Positions 20,587 through 30,416 of a DNA stretch of 64,000 nucleotides are shown piece by piece. The stretch's first letter is position 1. Every line of letters starts with the position of its first letter. The stretch is from contig CAVSHR010000004.1 of the NCBI GenBank assembly GCA_963727625.1, positions 1,024,001 through 1,088,000 of the forward strand. Direction: 5' to 3'. The DNA is from an uncultured delta proteobacterium (GTDB lineage Bacteria; Desulfobacterota; Binatia; UBA9968). The notes under the pieces were generated by a model. That model was not told the origin of the DNA, ran no database searches, and saw only the letters and a list, made by a program, of their open reading frames with translations. Both the position numbers and the translations under genes were made by a program.

Positions 20587-21552
20587 ATGAGTATACGAAA
20601 TTTGATCATCTGTTTTGATGGCACGTGGAATGATGCAAAAAACATGGACGGCGGCGAAAATGCCCCCACCAATGTCTACAAGTTTTATGACGCGTTGGCC
20701 TCATCTGTCCAAAACCCACCGACAACCCAAGAAAGATATTATGAGGATGGAGTTGGAACACGCCCCATGGAAGCCATTCCCGGAGGTATTTACGGCTACG
20801 GCCTCCCCAAACGTGTACAGGGTGCCTATCGATGGCTCAGCGAACAATTTAACAGCACCCGATTTCCAAGAACGGAGAACAAGGTTGTCATCATCGGTTT
20901 TAGCCGGGGTGCTTACACCGCACGCCGCCTGGCCGGCCTGATAAATTTTTGTGGCTTACCCCTGGACCCCAATGATGATGACGATGCGTGGGAGATCTAT
21001 AGCAGGAAAGACAACAACGGAGCCCAGCACATGCTGCGCTCCGGCCATTGTTATAAAATCCCGATTGAAATGGTGGGTGTTTTCGACACCGTCAAAACCA
21101 CGCTGGATGCGGATTTTAACGATTCACAATTGAGCAGCAATGTGGTTGCCGGCTTCCATGCCATGGGCATTGACGAAATGCGCGTAGACTTTCCCGTGCT
21201 GAAATGGGAACAAGACCCCAGAGTGCTGCAAAAGTGGTTTGCCGGCGTACACTGCGATGTCGGGGGCGGCTATAAACAAAAAGCCCTCTCCGATGTAGTG
21301 TTGATGTGGATGATCAATAGGGCCTACGAGCATGGTGTTCAATTCGACGGCAATTACATCGAAAAAAAAATAAAGCCCAACCCCAAGGGCAAGCTTCACA
21401 AATCCTACACAGGGATGTGGTTGGCTCGCGGCTCAAAACAACGCAAGATCGACCAGACGGATTTGTTGGATGACAGTGTGAGAATACGACTGACCACGGC
21501 CAACTATCATCCCACTAATATTCCCAAGAAACCCAGATTCACAGAGGACTAG
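20587..21552 (+). CDS. DUF2235 alpha/beta hydrolase (Tle1-like)
   Basis: ICFDGTWN, TNV, GVGT, GFSRGAYTAR, GVFDTV, WFAGVHCDVGGGY. Confidence 0.9.
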   Translation: MSIRNLIICFDGTWNDAKNMDGGENAPTNVYKFYDALASSVQNPPTTQERYYEDGVGTRPMEAIPGGIYGYGLPKRVQGAYRWLSEQFNSTRFPRTENKVVIIGFSRGAYTARRLAGLINFCGLPLDPNDDDDAWEIYSRKDNNGAQHMLRSGHCYKIPIEMVGVFDTVKTTLDADFNDSQLSSNVVAGFHAMGIDEMRVDFPVLKWEQDPRVLQKWFAGVHCDVGGGYKQKALSDVVLMWMINRAYEHGVQFDGNYIEKKIKPNPKGKLHKSYTGMWLARGSKQRKIDQTDLLDDSVRIRLTTANYHPTNIPKKPRFTED

Positions 21553-21619
21553 ATTTCATAAAATTGTCAATTCAAGAAGTTGTCTTGGACCGACCCGGCG
21601 GCTCCTCGAATATTTGAAA

Positions 21620-22759
21620 TTACGGTTCGCCGAAAAACTTGACCGCGTTGCCGTAAAGAATCTTGCGCTTTTGGGAATCGATTATGTCCTCGCGGGCAAG
21701 AATTTCTTTCGCCGCGTCGTGCCGGCCTTCGCCGTGGGGCAAGTCGGAAGAGTAGAGAATCTGATCCTCGCCAAGCAAATCGATTTCTTGCAACAGCATT
21801 CGATCGTCGGCTTCGCCGGCAATAAAAATCCGACCGGACTTTGCCTGCTCTTCGATGGTTTTTTGGGAAAGTCCGTTTTTGATCGGCATCTGACTTCGAT
21901 CAATCGGCAGATAGTGATCGAGGCGCGGCACCATGTACAAGATCCATTCCGCTCCGAACTCGAGGAACCCGACTTTCAAATTCGGATAACGGTCCAACAT
22001 GCCGTAGCCGACGATGGCGACAAAGGCCATCATCGCCGGCAGGCTCATGCCGATGCCGTGCGCGGCAAGCAACCCATCACAGACTTCCAGAAACGGCGGA
22101 TAACTCATTCCCATGTGCACGCAGAGCGGCAGACCCGAACGATGGAGCTCGTCCCATACCGGCGCGAAACTCTTGTCGCAGAGCAGGCGGTCGCCGGCGG
22201 TGCCGTAAACCACTGCGGCGGTGGCGCCGAGTCTGGTCATTTCCTCGATAGCGTCAAGCCCTTGCCGCGTATCGCGCAGAGGGAGTAAGCCGGCCCACTT
22301 CAGGCGTTTCGGAAAGCTCTGGCATTGCCGGCCAACGTAACGATTATAAGACCGCATAAGCGCCGCTTCAAAACCAGGATCCCGGGTCATGCGCGCATAC
22401 AGGGTGGTCGGATAAAGCATCTGATGGTCGACGCCCATGAAGTCCATGCTTCCCAGTCGCGCCGCCGGATCCGATAAATCGAAACTGCTCAGTGGAAACG
22501 CTTCACTGGTTGGCTTCGCGCCGAACTCTTCGAGCACTCGCGCAGGCTCGTTGCCCGGCTGGCTTCCCGCGCCTAAAGCATGAGGAATGATCTGCCCTTC
22601 GACCAACCAACCGTTGGTCCAGCGGCCCATGTCCGATTCATCGTGAACGCGCGTGGGCCGCGGTCGTCGCACCTGGTATTCGCTGGGCAGCGTCTCCCAC
22701 ATGCGCGGGCTCATCATGGTGTGGGCGTCGGCGTCAAAAAGCTTATAACCTTGAAGCAT
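21620..22759 (-). CDS. Amidohydrolase_2 family protein
   Basis: FDADAH, LYPT, LCVH, YSSDLPH; AGGAGG RBS before MLQGY. Confidence 0.9.
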   Translation of the reverse strand: MLQGYKLFDADAHTMMSPRMWETLPSEYQVRRPRPTRVHDESDMGRWTNGWLVEGQIIPHALGAGSQPGNEPARVLEEFGAKPTSEAFPLSSFDLSDPAARLGSMDFMGVDHQMLYPTTLYARMTRDPGFEAALMRSYNRYVGRQCQSFPKRLKWAGLLPLRDTRQGLDAIEEMTRLGATAAVVYGTAGDRLLCDKSFAPVWDELHRSGLPLCVHMGMSYPPFLEVCDGLLAAHGIGMSLPAMMAFVAIVGYGMLDRYPNLKVGFLEFGAEWILYMVPRLDHYLPIDRSQMPIKNGLSQKTIEEQAKSGRIFIAGEADDRMLLQEIDLLGEDQILYSSDLPHGEGRHDAAKEILAREDIIDSQKRKILYGNAVKFFGEP

Positions 22760-23098
22760 GGTCGCCTCCTTCGAATCTTCTCGCTCGCCATAATCTGCGA
22801 TCCTTTGTTCTTTCCACCTCACGATTCATTAAACCTGCGCCGATGCGATCGCAAGCCCTTTTCGTGGCGAAGAGACGACCAACAGCTGCGGTTCGTCAAC
22901 CTCGGTCAACTCGAGCCTCGAGAGATATCCAAACTCGCGACTGTCCAATGTAGAAAACAGTTGCAAACATCCCGCCTATTTGAGGACCGATTTTACCTGG
23001 CCTCTAAGATTGCCAGGAAAGACTGTCGAGACCCAAAAGTCCGCCCGGAGACGACGACCATTAAACGGGAGTGTACAAGGAGGGTACGCTCGTCTAGG

Positions 23099-24082
23099 AT
23101 GAAGGCTATGCTAGACAACTTCCTGCAGATTCTTCCAGAGGTCATTTTCGACGCCGCCGAGAAATTGGGCGGGCGTTGCACCGGCCGCTTATACGCGCTC
23201 AATGCGCTGGAAAACCGTGTGTACGACATCGAGATGGAAGAAGGCCCGCACGTCATCATCAAATTTTACCGCCCCGGCCGCTGGAGCCGCGCCACGATTC
23301 AGGCCGAGCACGATTTTCTGAAGGGCCTCGAAGAAAGCGAAATTCCCGTCGTCTGCCCGCTCACCGACGACAACGGACAAAGTATTTTCGAGATCAATGA
23401 AGTCATGTTCACCATCTTCCCAAAGCGTCCGGGGCGACTCGAGCCGGAACTGACGACCGAACAGCTCACCCGCCTGGGAAGGTTCATGGCTCGCCTTCAT
23501 AACGTCGGGGCGATGGTCAAAGCCGCCCCCCGGCTGCGGCTCGATCCGCAAACCTATGGGCGAGACCCATTGAAGTTTTTGAAAGACGGAAACCTCGTTC
23601 CGATGGAACTCGCAAGTCGCTTCGAAACGATCGTAACGCAAATTTGCGACTCAATGACTCCTCGTTTCGAGGATGTCGAGTACGTTCTGCTCCACGGCGA
23701 TTGCCACTCCGGAAATATTTTGTGGAATAGAGATGATCCGTACTTCATCGATTTCGACGACATGCTCTACGCGCCTCCCGTTCAAGACATCTGGATGCTC
23801 ACGGGCGGAGACGACGACTACGGGAAAGCGCGAAGGGAGATCCTGCTCGAAGCCTACGAACAGATCAGAACTTTCGACATGACGACGATACAGCTCATCG
23901 AGCCGTTGCGGGCGCTGCGCATGATTCACTTTTCCGCGTGGGTTGCGCGCCGCTGGGAAGACAGCGCTTTCAAACTGGCATTTCCCGACTTCGGCACCGA
24001 GCACTATTGGCAGGAGCAGATCGAAGCGCTCGCGCTGCAATTGGAAAAAGTCCGGTACGCCACGACCGAACTCTACCGTTGA
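23099..24082 (+). CDS. srkA: Stress response kinase A (RdoA/YihE family)
   Basis: ALNALENRVY, IKFYRPGRWS, LHGDCHSGNILW, FIDFDD, VQDIWML, IEPLRALR. Confidence 0.9.
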   Translation: MKAMLDNFLQILPEVIFDAAEKLGGRCTGRLYALNALENRVYDIEMEEGPHVIIKFYRPGRWSRATIQAEHDFLKGLEESEIPVVCPLTDDNGQSIFEINEVMFTIFPKRPGRLEPELTTEQLTRLGRFMARLHNVGAMVKAAPRLRLDPQTYGRDPLKFLKDGNLVPMELASRFETIVTQICDSMTPRFEDVEYVLLHGDCHSGNILWNRDDPYFIDFDDMLYAPPVQDIWMLTGGDDDYGKARREILLEAYEQIRTFDMTTIQLIEPLRALRMIHFSAWVARRWEDSAFKLAFPDFGTEHYWQEQIEALALQLEKVRYATTELYR

Positions 24083-24351
24083 GCCGCAGCCGATGCTTAA
24101 GCAAAAGCATTCAATCCCTTCGAGGTTTCGAGAATTCCCGAAGCATGAAAGGACTCCTTCGAATCCTTGAACTTTGAACTTTAAACGCTTGAACCGCCGA
24201 AGGCGCTCACGGTGCTTCCTCGACGAACTCGGAACCGCAGGGCCGTCGAGGAAGCACCGTGAGGCTTCTCCCACGGCCCCGAACCATCCAACGGTTTGAA
24301 CGATTACAGCTTGAGACTTATCCGTTTCTACTCACGCCTCATGCCCCGCGC

Positions 24352-24945
24352 CTATTCCGTGTACCATGTGGTATGGCGCTCCACGGGCAGGCGCTTGGCC
24401 ATCGTCTGCTGCTCGGAGTACCCCAAGAAAATGCACGCCACCGGCCGTTCTTTGTCTGTGAGTCCGAGAATTGGGCCAACGAAGTTTTGGTCGATCCAGT
24501 CGCCTGTGCTGGGATAGCTGCCCAGTCCTCGCGCGGTCGCGGCGACCAGCAGGTTCTCTATCGCGCACCAGCAGGCCGCATAATTCTCCTGGTCGACGAT
24601 TTTTTTCTCGTCGCCCACCATGGAAACGATGATCAGAACCGGGGACGAAAAACATTTATCCCGCGCAAATTTGAGAGCCTCTTCGCTCGCCGGCTCACCT
24701 TTTTTCTCCGCGGCCCAACGTACTGCCGCCTGTCGGGCTTCGACCAAGCGGTCGCGCCCCGCTCCGGAGAACACGTGGAAACGCCAGGGATGAGTTAATT
24801 TGTGGTTGGGCGCCCAGTGAGCGGCGTCGAGCAGCTCCTCGACCCACTCCCGGGGAATCTCGGTGGGAAGGTATTCCTTCACCGAGCGGCGCGTCTTGAT
24901 TGCGGTGAGCGCATCATCGAGAGGGCGCTCCGTTGTGGTTGCCAT
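24352..24945 (-). CDS. Nitroreductase family protein (YdjA-like)
   Basis: IKTRRSVK, AAHWAPNHKLTHPWRF, ENLLVAATARGLG. Confidence 0.9.
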   Translation of the reverse strand: MATTTERPLDDALTAIKTRRSVKEYLPTEIPREWVEELLDAAHWAPNHKLTHPWRFHVFSGAGRDRLVEARQAAVRWAAEKKGEPASEEALKFARDKCFSSPVLIIVSMVGDEKKIVDQENYAACWCAIENLLVAATARGLGSYPSTGDWIDQNFVGPILGLTDKERPVACIFLGYSEQQTMAKRLPVERHTTWYTE

Positions 24946-25004
24946 GATCCTACCTCCTGAATTTGTACCGATTATATCTAAGAAAAAAGTTTTTTCTAGC
25001 CCGA

Positions 25005-25033
25005 GCAATACCGCCACACCGCGGAGCTGTCAA
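25005..25033 (-). promoter_or_regulatory. Sigma70-type promoter, copy 1 of a triplicated motif
   Basis: TTGACA-GCTCCGCGGTGTGGCGG(17)-TATTGC upstream of the nitroreductase. Confidence 0.55.
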
Positions 25034-25226
25034 TTCCCTGTCCGTCCGATGAAAATCGTTACTTCCGCTGGCTTGGGCGGCACAGCGGTCGCTGGCGCGC
25101 AAAGTGTTCCGGAACGCGCCGCTCGCTCAAACTCAGACCGAGCGGCTCCGTCGGCATGTGGTGGCAACCGGTTTCGGCTCTCAACAAAGGCTAAACCGCT
25201 GTCAGGTAATTTTTAATTCCTAGCTG

Positions 25227-25541
25227 TCAGCTGCGCTTCAACCCGTCGCGCCAGGCGATCGCTTCGAGTTCGACCCGGACAGCGTCCATAACGGGAATCA
25301 CGGGTCGCGCCTCGAACTCAAAAGCGGGCAACATGGAGCAAAATTTGTGAACCGCCAACGGATCATCGCAATCCAACATCATATACCCACCCCAGTCACC
25401 CACTCTTATGACGAACAGCTCGATCTTGAAATTGGCCGGCGCCTTCCATTGAGTGAAAACCTCCAGTATCCGCTTCTGGGCATTCTCGTATTCCATCGGT
25501 GAACCTTGCGGGCGTTCGGACCAGGTGATCATGTATTTCAT
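25227..25541 (-). CDS. DUF3303-family protein
   Basis: MKYMITWSERPQGS...EYENAQKRIL, FEARPVIPV; GAGGAGG RBS. Confidence 0.75.
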   Translation of the reverse strand: MKYMITWSERPQGSPMEYENAQKRILEVFTQWKAPANFKIELFVIRVGDWGGYMMLDCDDPLAVHKFCSMLPAFEFEARPVIPVMDAVRVELEAIAWRDGLKRS

Positions 25542-25640
25542 CGGCATCCTCCTCATCGATTGCGTTGAAATATTCGGAACGATTGCCGTGTCGAGCGTTC
25601 GTCGGATTGGGCGCCCGTCCATCGAGCTCCGACGCGTTTT

Positions 25641-26186
25641 CTATGCCTTGAGGCGGTCCGGTGCGTCATCGGGCGGCGTGATATCGAACGCATTGGCGGT
25701 GCAGCAGGTCATCGAGAACGAGCCAACCCGAGCGACCAGAGCCACCAGCTCTTCAGTGCTAAAGGCTGCTTCGGCGGATGCATAGGTGGCATCGCTCAGC
25801 CCCTTGTCGGCGAGCAGCTCGTTGGCGATCCGATGAGCGAGCAGTTCGCGCTTGTCATCTGTGGGCAGCGCGCTGCGGGCGTTGATCGCGTCAATCTCTT
25901 TCTGCGTGAGTCCAATTTTAAGAGCGTTGCGGCACTGAACGGCCCACGGGTAGTTGGCGCCCCAGAACCGCGCCACGGTCAAGGTGACGATTTGCTGTTC
26001 GCGGGCGGACAGAGTGCTGTCGGCGATGCAGGCTCCCGTGTTCTGGACATTCTGCATCAGTTTGGGATTGCGGATATAGGCCCAGAATGGCCCGCCGTGC
26101 GGCTTGCCGTTGGCTTTGGACGCATCGATCACGGCGCGCTGTTCATCGTTCATGTCGTCGGGGGTCAGAATGGCAATGCGTGTCAT
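25641..26186 (-). CDS. Carboxymuconolactone decarboxylase/AhpD-like protein
   Basis: GGPF..RNP, LSAREQQIVTLTVAR, LSDATY, ELVALV. Confidence 0.75.
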   Translation of the reverse strand: MTRIAILTPDDMNDEQRAVIDASKANGKPHGGPFWAYIRNPKLMQNVQNTGACIADSTLSAREQQIVTLTVARFWGANYPWAVQCRNALKIGLTQKEIDAINARSALPTDDKRELLAHRIANELLADKGLSDATYASAEAAFSTEELVALVARVGSFSMTCCTANAFDITPPDDAPDRLKA

Positions 26187-26375
26187 TGGAGTTCTCCCTG
26201 TTTCTATACCGCCTGGCAGCCCTATTTACCGCAGCTCGATCCTGACCTCGACTGCCGCCGTGGCGCTCACGGAGCGATCGTCAATCGCGCGGGTCGCCCA
26301 ATTCCGGCTGGTCCAACACTATGCGAGCGAGCAATGCGTAGGGGAAATTAAAACGCCTGGTTTTCTCAGTCGCGA

Positions 26376-26404
26376 GCTATATCGCCACACCGGCGAGCGG
26401 TCAA
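26376..26404 (-). promoter_or_regulatory. Sigma70-type promoter, copy 2 of a triplicated motif
   Basis: TTGACC-GCTCGCCGGTGTGGCGA(17)-TATAGC. Confidence 0.5.
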
Positions 26405-26690
26405 GTGCAAGTGTGTTTGGTCGTTGAATTACTGCACGCATTGATCGACCGCGTGGGGAGCGCTAAGAAGGATAAGCCGCCGATCATGTGTTTTAGTTTG
26501 CTGTTGCCTGTCGTCTCTGGTCTTTTTTCATCTATTCGCTTTCATCCTTTATCCTTTTTCTCTTGCCTCAAGCCTCAGGCCTCGCGCCTATTCGAGTTGC
26601 CTATTCCGATGGCTTTTGTGCTAGGTTGTCTTGTCGTATGAGAAGTTAATTTTCCACGGTCAGCATTGACGTAATACAAAGGAGGTTTTC

Positions 26691-27125
26691 ATGGCAACGT
26701 TCAAAATCGAAGGCGTCACTCACTGGTCAATACCCGTCAACAATTTAAAGGATTCCGAAGATTTCTACGGCGGGCTGCTCGGGCTCAAACCGGTCGGGCG
26801 CCTCAGCAACAACGTGATGTCCTGCTTTAATGTCGGCGATCATAACATCCTTTTGTGCGAGCGGGAGAAACCGCAGGATAGCACCATCGTCGAAGATCGC
26901 GTGCATCATTCCTTCACGGTAAGCCCCGAAGGGTTCGTGGGGGCCTGCAAGACGCTGCACGAAAAGAAGATTCCCATCGTCGAGCTGGAATACCGCGCCA
27001 AGGGTTATTTCACCGGGCGGGAGCTCTACTTTTACGATCCCAGCGGGAACCGTCTCGAGATCCGCGACCCAAGCTGGAAGAAAGGAATGCCGGAACCGCC
27101 CTATGAAGAGATCGTAAAGTCGTAG
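26691..27125 (+). CDS. VOC/glyoxalase family protein
   Basis: THWSIPV..L..SEDFY, HHSF, YFYDPSGNRLEI. Confidence 0.9.
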   Translation: MATFKIEGVTHWSIPVNNLKDSEDFYGGLLGLKPVGRLSNNVMSCFNVGDHNILLCEREKPQDSTIVEDRVHHSFTVSPEGFVGACKTLHEKKIPIVELEYRAKGYFTGRELYFYDPSGNRLEIRDPSWKKGMPEPPYEEIVKS

Positions 27126-27216
27126 GTCTCCGACGCCACGGCCTGCTTGGACGAAGCCCGCTCAACGGGAACGTCTAGATTCGCAACTGGTCAATCAACC
27201 TCATGAGGAGACGTCA

Positions 27217-27861
27217 ATGAAACTCGCTCTTTACTACGCCCCCAACACCTGCGCGCTCGCGCCCTATATCACGCTGACCGAAGCGCGCGCCGACTTCGAG
27301 GCCCGGCCGCTCGATTTCCGCAAGCGGCAGAATTTCTCGCCCGAGTACCTGAAGATCAACCCGAAGCACAAGGTGCCTGCGCTCGTGGTCGACGGCAAGA
27401 TATTGACCGAGAATGTCGCCATCCATCAATGGGTCCATCGGACCTTCCCCGACGCGAAAATCCTGCCCGCCGATCCGTGGGAGGAGTTGCAGGCGGTCTC
27501 GCTGCATGCCTGGTGTGCCAGCGGCATCCACCCCTATCTGAGCCGGATCAACAACCCGCCCAAGGTCTGCGACACAACGGGCGCGTCCGACAGCGTGATC
27601 AAGTTCGCGACGCAAGCTCTGTTCGAGAACTTCCGGATCACCGACGATATGCTGGCCGGGCGTGAGTACTTCTTCGACCATTTCACCGCCCCGGACGCGC
27701 ATTTCTTCTGGTGTTGCCGCCGCGCCACCCAGTTGGGGGTGGACATTTCAAAATTTTCCAACGTCGCGGCGCATTTCAAGCGCATGCAGGAGCGCCCGAG
27801 CGTCAAGAAGCTGGTCGCCTTCGAGAAAGAAGTGCAGGAAGGGTTTGCCAAGACGGCCTAG
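27217..27861 (+). CDS. Glutathione S-transferase (beta-class-like)
   Basis: LYYAPNTCALAP, INPKHKVPAL, LTENVAI. Confidence 0.9.
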   Translation: MKLALYYAPNTCALAPYITLTEARADFEARPLDFRKRQNFSPEYLKINPKHKVPALVVDGKILTENVAIHQWVHRTFPDAKILPADPWEELQAVSLHAWCASGIHPYLSRINNPPKVCDTTGASDSVIKFATQALFENFRITDDMLAGREYFFDHFTAPDAHFFWCCRRATQLGVDISKFSNVAAHFKRMQERPSVKKLVAFEKEVQEGFAKTA

Positions 27862-28009
27862 CAGGCTGCCGAACCAGAAAACAACTGAAACGGAGCGGTT
27901 CTTACTGTTGCCTGATGCCTATTCGTCAACGTCTTGAACGGCTTGACCGATTTGAACGTTCATCTCTACTGTTGCCTATTGCCTCCCGCGTCGTACCGTT
28001 GAACTCCGG

Positions 28010-29149
28010 TTATTTTTGCTTCGGGATGACCTGGCTCAAAAGCTTGCCCAACGGCCTGAGATCCTTGGAGCCGGGTGCGTCGGTGTCGAAATAGGCCAGA
28101 CCGTCCCTGCGCCGCTCTTCGGGGGGAATGTGATCTTTGGGCACGTCGATACGCCGCGAGTTTTTAGCATCCCCCGGAATGCTCATAATTTTTTGGAATG
28201 CGGTCTGACCGGCCCGCGACAGGTACCAGTTGATAAAGACCTTGGCGGCGTTTGGATGGGGCGCGCGATTGACGAGCGCCAACTGGCCGAAGGCCGAGGA
28301 AATATTGATGCCTTCCTTAAAATGATAGGGCGGAAAAGATGAAACGGGAAGACCCTGATTCTTCGCCTTCACCACTGTCGAGTCCTGGCAGGGCAGACAC
28401 AAAGCGACTTTTCCGTTGGCCAGCCAATCCACGGCCTGCCGCAAGTTGCCCACCATCGTCACATCCATTTCGCCGTAAAGACGCCGGATAAACTTCTCTC
28501 CCAGCTCCGGATGGTAGTAAATAAACCCCCAAGAACCGCCGGCGCCGCGCACTTTGCGGAGGTCCAAGGAGATGATTTTTCCTTTAAGCTTTGGGCTTAG
28601 AAAGTCCCAATAGGATTTGAAGTCGCCGGGTTTTATCTGCTGGGTGTTGAAAGCCGGGTTGCCGCCCCCCGAGACGTTGCCTTCATACACGAAAATATAC
28701 TCACCCTCCTTGTCGACGTATTTATGTTTTTTCTCCCACCACTTGGAGGTGTCGAGAACTTCCGGCAAGACCAGGGCGGGCTTGATGGGATCGAGAATTT
28801 TGTTCAAGAAGAGCACCTGGTAAAGCGAGTTGCCGCCGCCGTTGTAGACATCGGCGAGAAATTTCTCGGCCCGCCTTTCCGCCGCGATACGCTTGCTGAG
28901 TTGTGTGCCCGACCCGGTGACGCTAACCACTTTGATTTTAGGATAAGCTTTTTGAAATTCCCCTGAGTCGATCACTTTCCCGTAGCCGGCGATGTAAAGC
29001 GAGACTTGTCCCTCTTCTTCGGCGGCTTTGATGGTTTTATTCCACTCAGCCCGCCACGACTCGGCCGCTTCGCTCCGAGGCAGCCAGCTCCCGATGACCA
29101 TACCGGTAACAATGAAAAAGAAAAATACCCATGCACGCGCGGCAACCAT
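28010..29149 (-). CDS. Extracellular solute-binding protein (iron/thiamine-type ABC SBP)
   Basis: Signal peptide; FQKAYPKIKV, AERRA, APHPNAAKVFINWYLS. Confidence 0.85.
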   Translation of the reverse strand: MVAARAWVFFFFIVTGMVIGSWLPRSEAAESWRAEWNKTIKAAEEEGQVSLYIAGYGKVIDSGEFQKAYPKIKVVSVTGSGTQLSKRIAAERRAEKFLADVYNGGGNSLYQVLFLNKILDPIKPALVLPEVLDTSKWWEKKHKYVDKEGEYIFVYEGNVSGGGNPAFNTQQIKPGDFKSYWDFLSPKLKGKIISLDLRKVRGAGGSWGFIYYHPELGEKFIRRLYGEMDVTMVGNLRQAVDWLANGKVALCLPCQDSTVVKAKNQGLPVSSFPPYHFKEGINISSAFGQLALVNRAPHPNAAKVFINWYLSRAGQTAFQKIMSIPGDAKNSRRIDVPKDHIPPEERRRDGLAYFDTDAPGSKDLRPLGKLLSQVIPKQK

Positions 29150-29420
29150 CTTGGCACCTCCTTGAGATCGTTGTGGAGATCTTAACGAACCGTATCCCTA
29201 AAACAACAGCGCCGCTCAAACGCATCTAGAAATCCGAACCTGATGGCGGGATGAAGCGAGAACAGCTCTATTGGAGGATCGTCCTGGCGAACTTCCCCGC
29301 CGGTGCGCTTACTTTGGTGTAGTCGTCTTCGAGGTGGGTTCTGGACGAGATTTCGAGAATTCCCAAAACGTGAAAGCTCCCGGTCTGAATCAGTCGTTAA
29401 ACTTATGAACCGCCGAAGAC

Positions 29421-29521
29421 TTGAACGATTTGAACCTGTTTCAGTATATGAAATTCTCGGCACGATGGCCTTCTACCATAGCGGCCTTCAGCGCTTCAAT
29501 CGAAAAGTAGTCTGTCCCCTT
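29421..29521. repeat. 101-bp RAYT 5'-end remnant (TTGAAC units, start codons and terminal IR)
   Basis: Same length and layout as 52672-52772; AATTCTCGGCAC is the reverse complement of the MPRI start of the RAYT at 46346; ends AAAAGTAGTCTGTCCCCTT. Confidence 0.65.
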
Positions 29522-29603
29522 CCTCCCTTTCCCCCTTTTCCCCTCCCTTGATTCACCCTCACTCTGCCTTTGCGGTCCGGTGAAAGCGGTTTAAAATGGC
29601 GTC

Positions 29604-30191
29604 ATGCATGGATTGGCGCCGCTCTTATTGCTGCTTCACGTCGTTCCAACCGCAGTCTATGGGTTCCAATTCGACATGTGGACTTCCGGGATGTCCAGTC
29701 GTGACGCATTGGCGATGGCCAGGGACAAGGATATCCCCATCGTCAGGGAAGGCCTCGTTTCCGTCGATAAACACTTCGACCCCAACGCCATCACGAAATA
29801 CCTCGACAGCGCCCACCTGTTTTATTACAGGACCGAACTCCGGGGTGAACCCGCACGAACAACCTTGATCTTTACCGCCGAGAGCAAGTTCCTATCCACG
29901 GTGCAGCTTCGGCGGGGCGGGGTTGCGAACAATGACGGTTTCGGGCAGTTCGTTTTCGAGATGCTGCAGAATAAATACGGCAGTTCCGTCAAAAAGAAAA
30001 AACAGATTTTCTTCGAAACCCTCTTCTGGACCATCGATAAAACCAACCGGGTTTCCATGCGAACCGGCTCCAATCAGATCTTGGTCGAATACCTCGACCT
30101 CACCGTCGACACGGCCGGGGAAAATGAACTCAGAGCCAGGAAAGAGCAATATCGCCGCGATGCAAAAGCCCATGCCGCCGGCAAATTTTGA
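29604..30191 (+). CDS. Hypothetical secreted protein
   Basis: Signal peptide MHGLAPLLLLLHVVPTAVYG; 195-aa ORF. Confidence 0.65.
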   Translation: MHGLAPLLLLLHVVPTAVYGFQFDMWTSGMSSRDALAMARDKDIPIVREGLVSVDKHFDPNAITKYLDSAHLFYYRTELRGEPARTTLIFTAESKFLSTVQLRRGGVANNDGFGQFVFEMLQNKYGSSVKKKKQIFFETLFWTIDKTNRVSMRTGSNQILVEYLDLTVDTAGENELRARKEQYRRDAKAHAAGKF

Positions 30192-30416
30192 AGACGTCAA
30201 CGGCAACCTACGGGAGGCAACCACTTAGCCACGGCGGAAGACGCGTTGTGTTCGGATTTAATTGCATTGAAAGCTGCGGGTTTCTTGAAGTGCAATTCGA
30301 CGGGTGCGAAATCAAGTTGCGTTTTTCCGCCCATCGGGCGTAATGGTTTCGTCGCAACAAACGGACGATCATGGGCAGTTGGACAGGCTTTTCTCTGGGA
30401 CAAGGAGGGCCAGCAG

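Noticed and set aside
22580-23098. N-terminal extension of the SrkA ORF
   Set aside because: It overlaps the divergent amidohydrolase gene; kinase homology starts near 23099.
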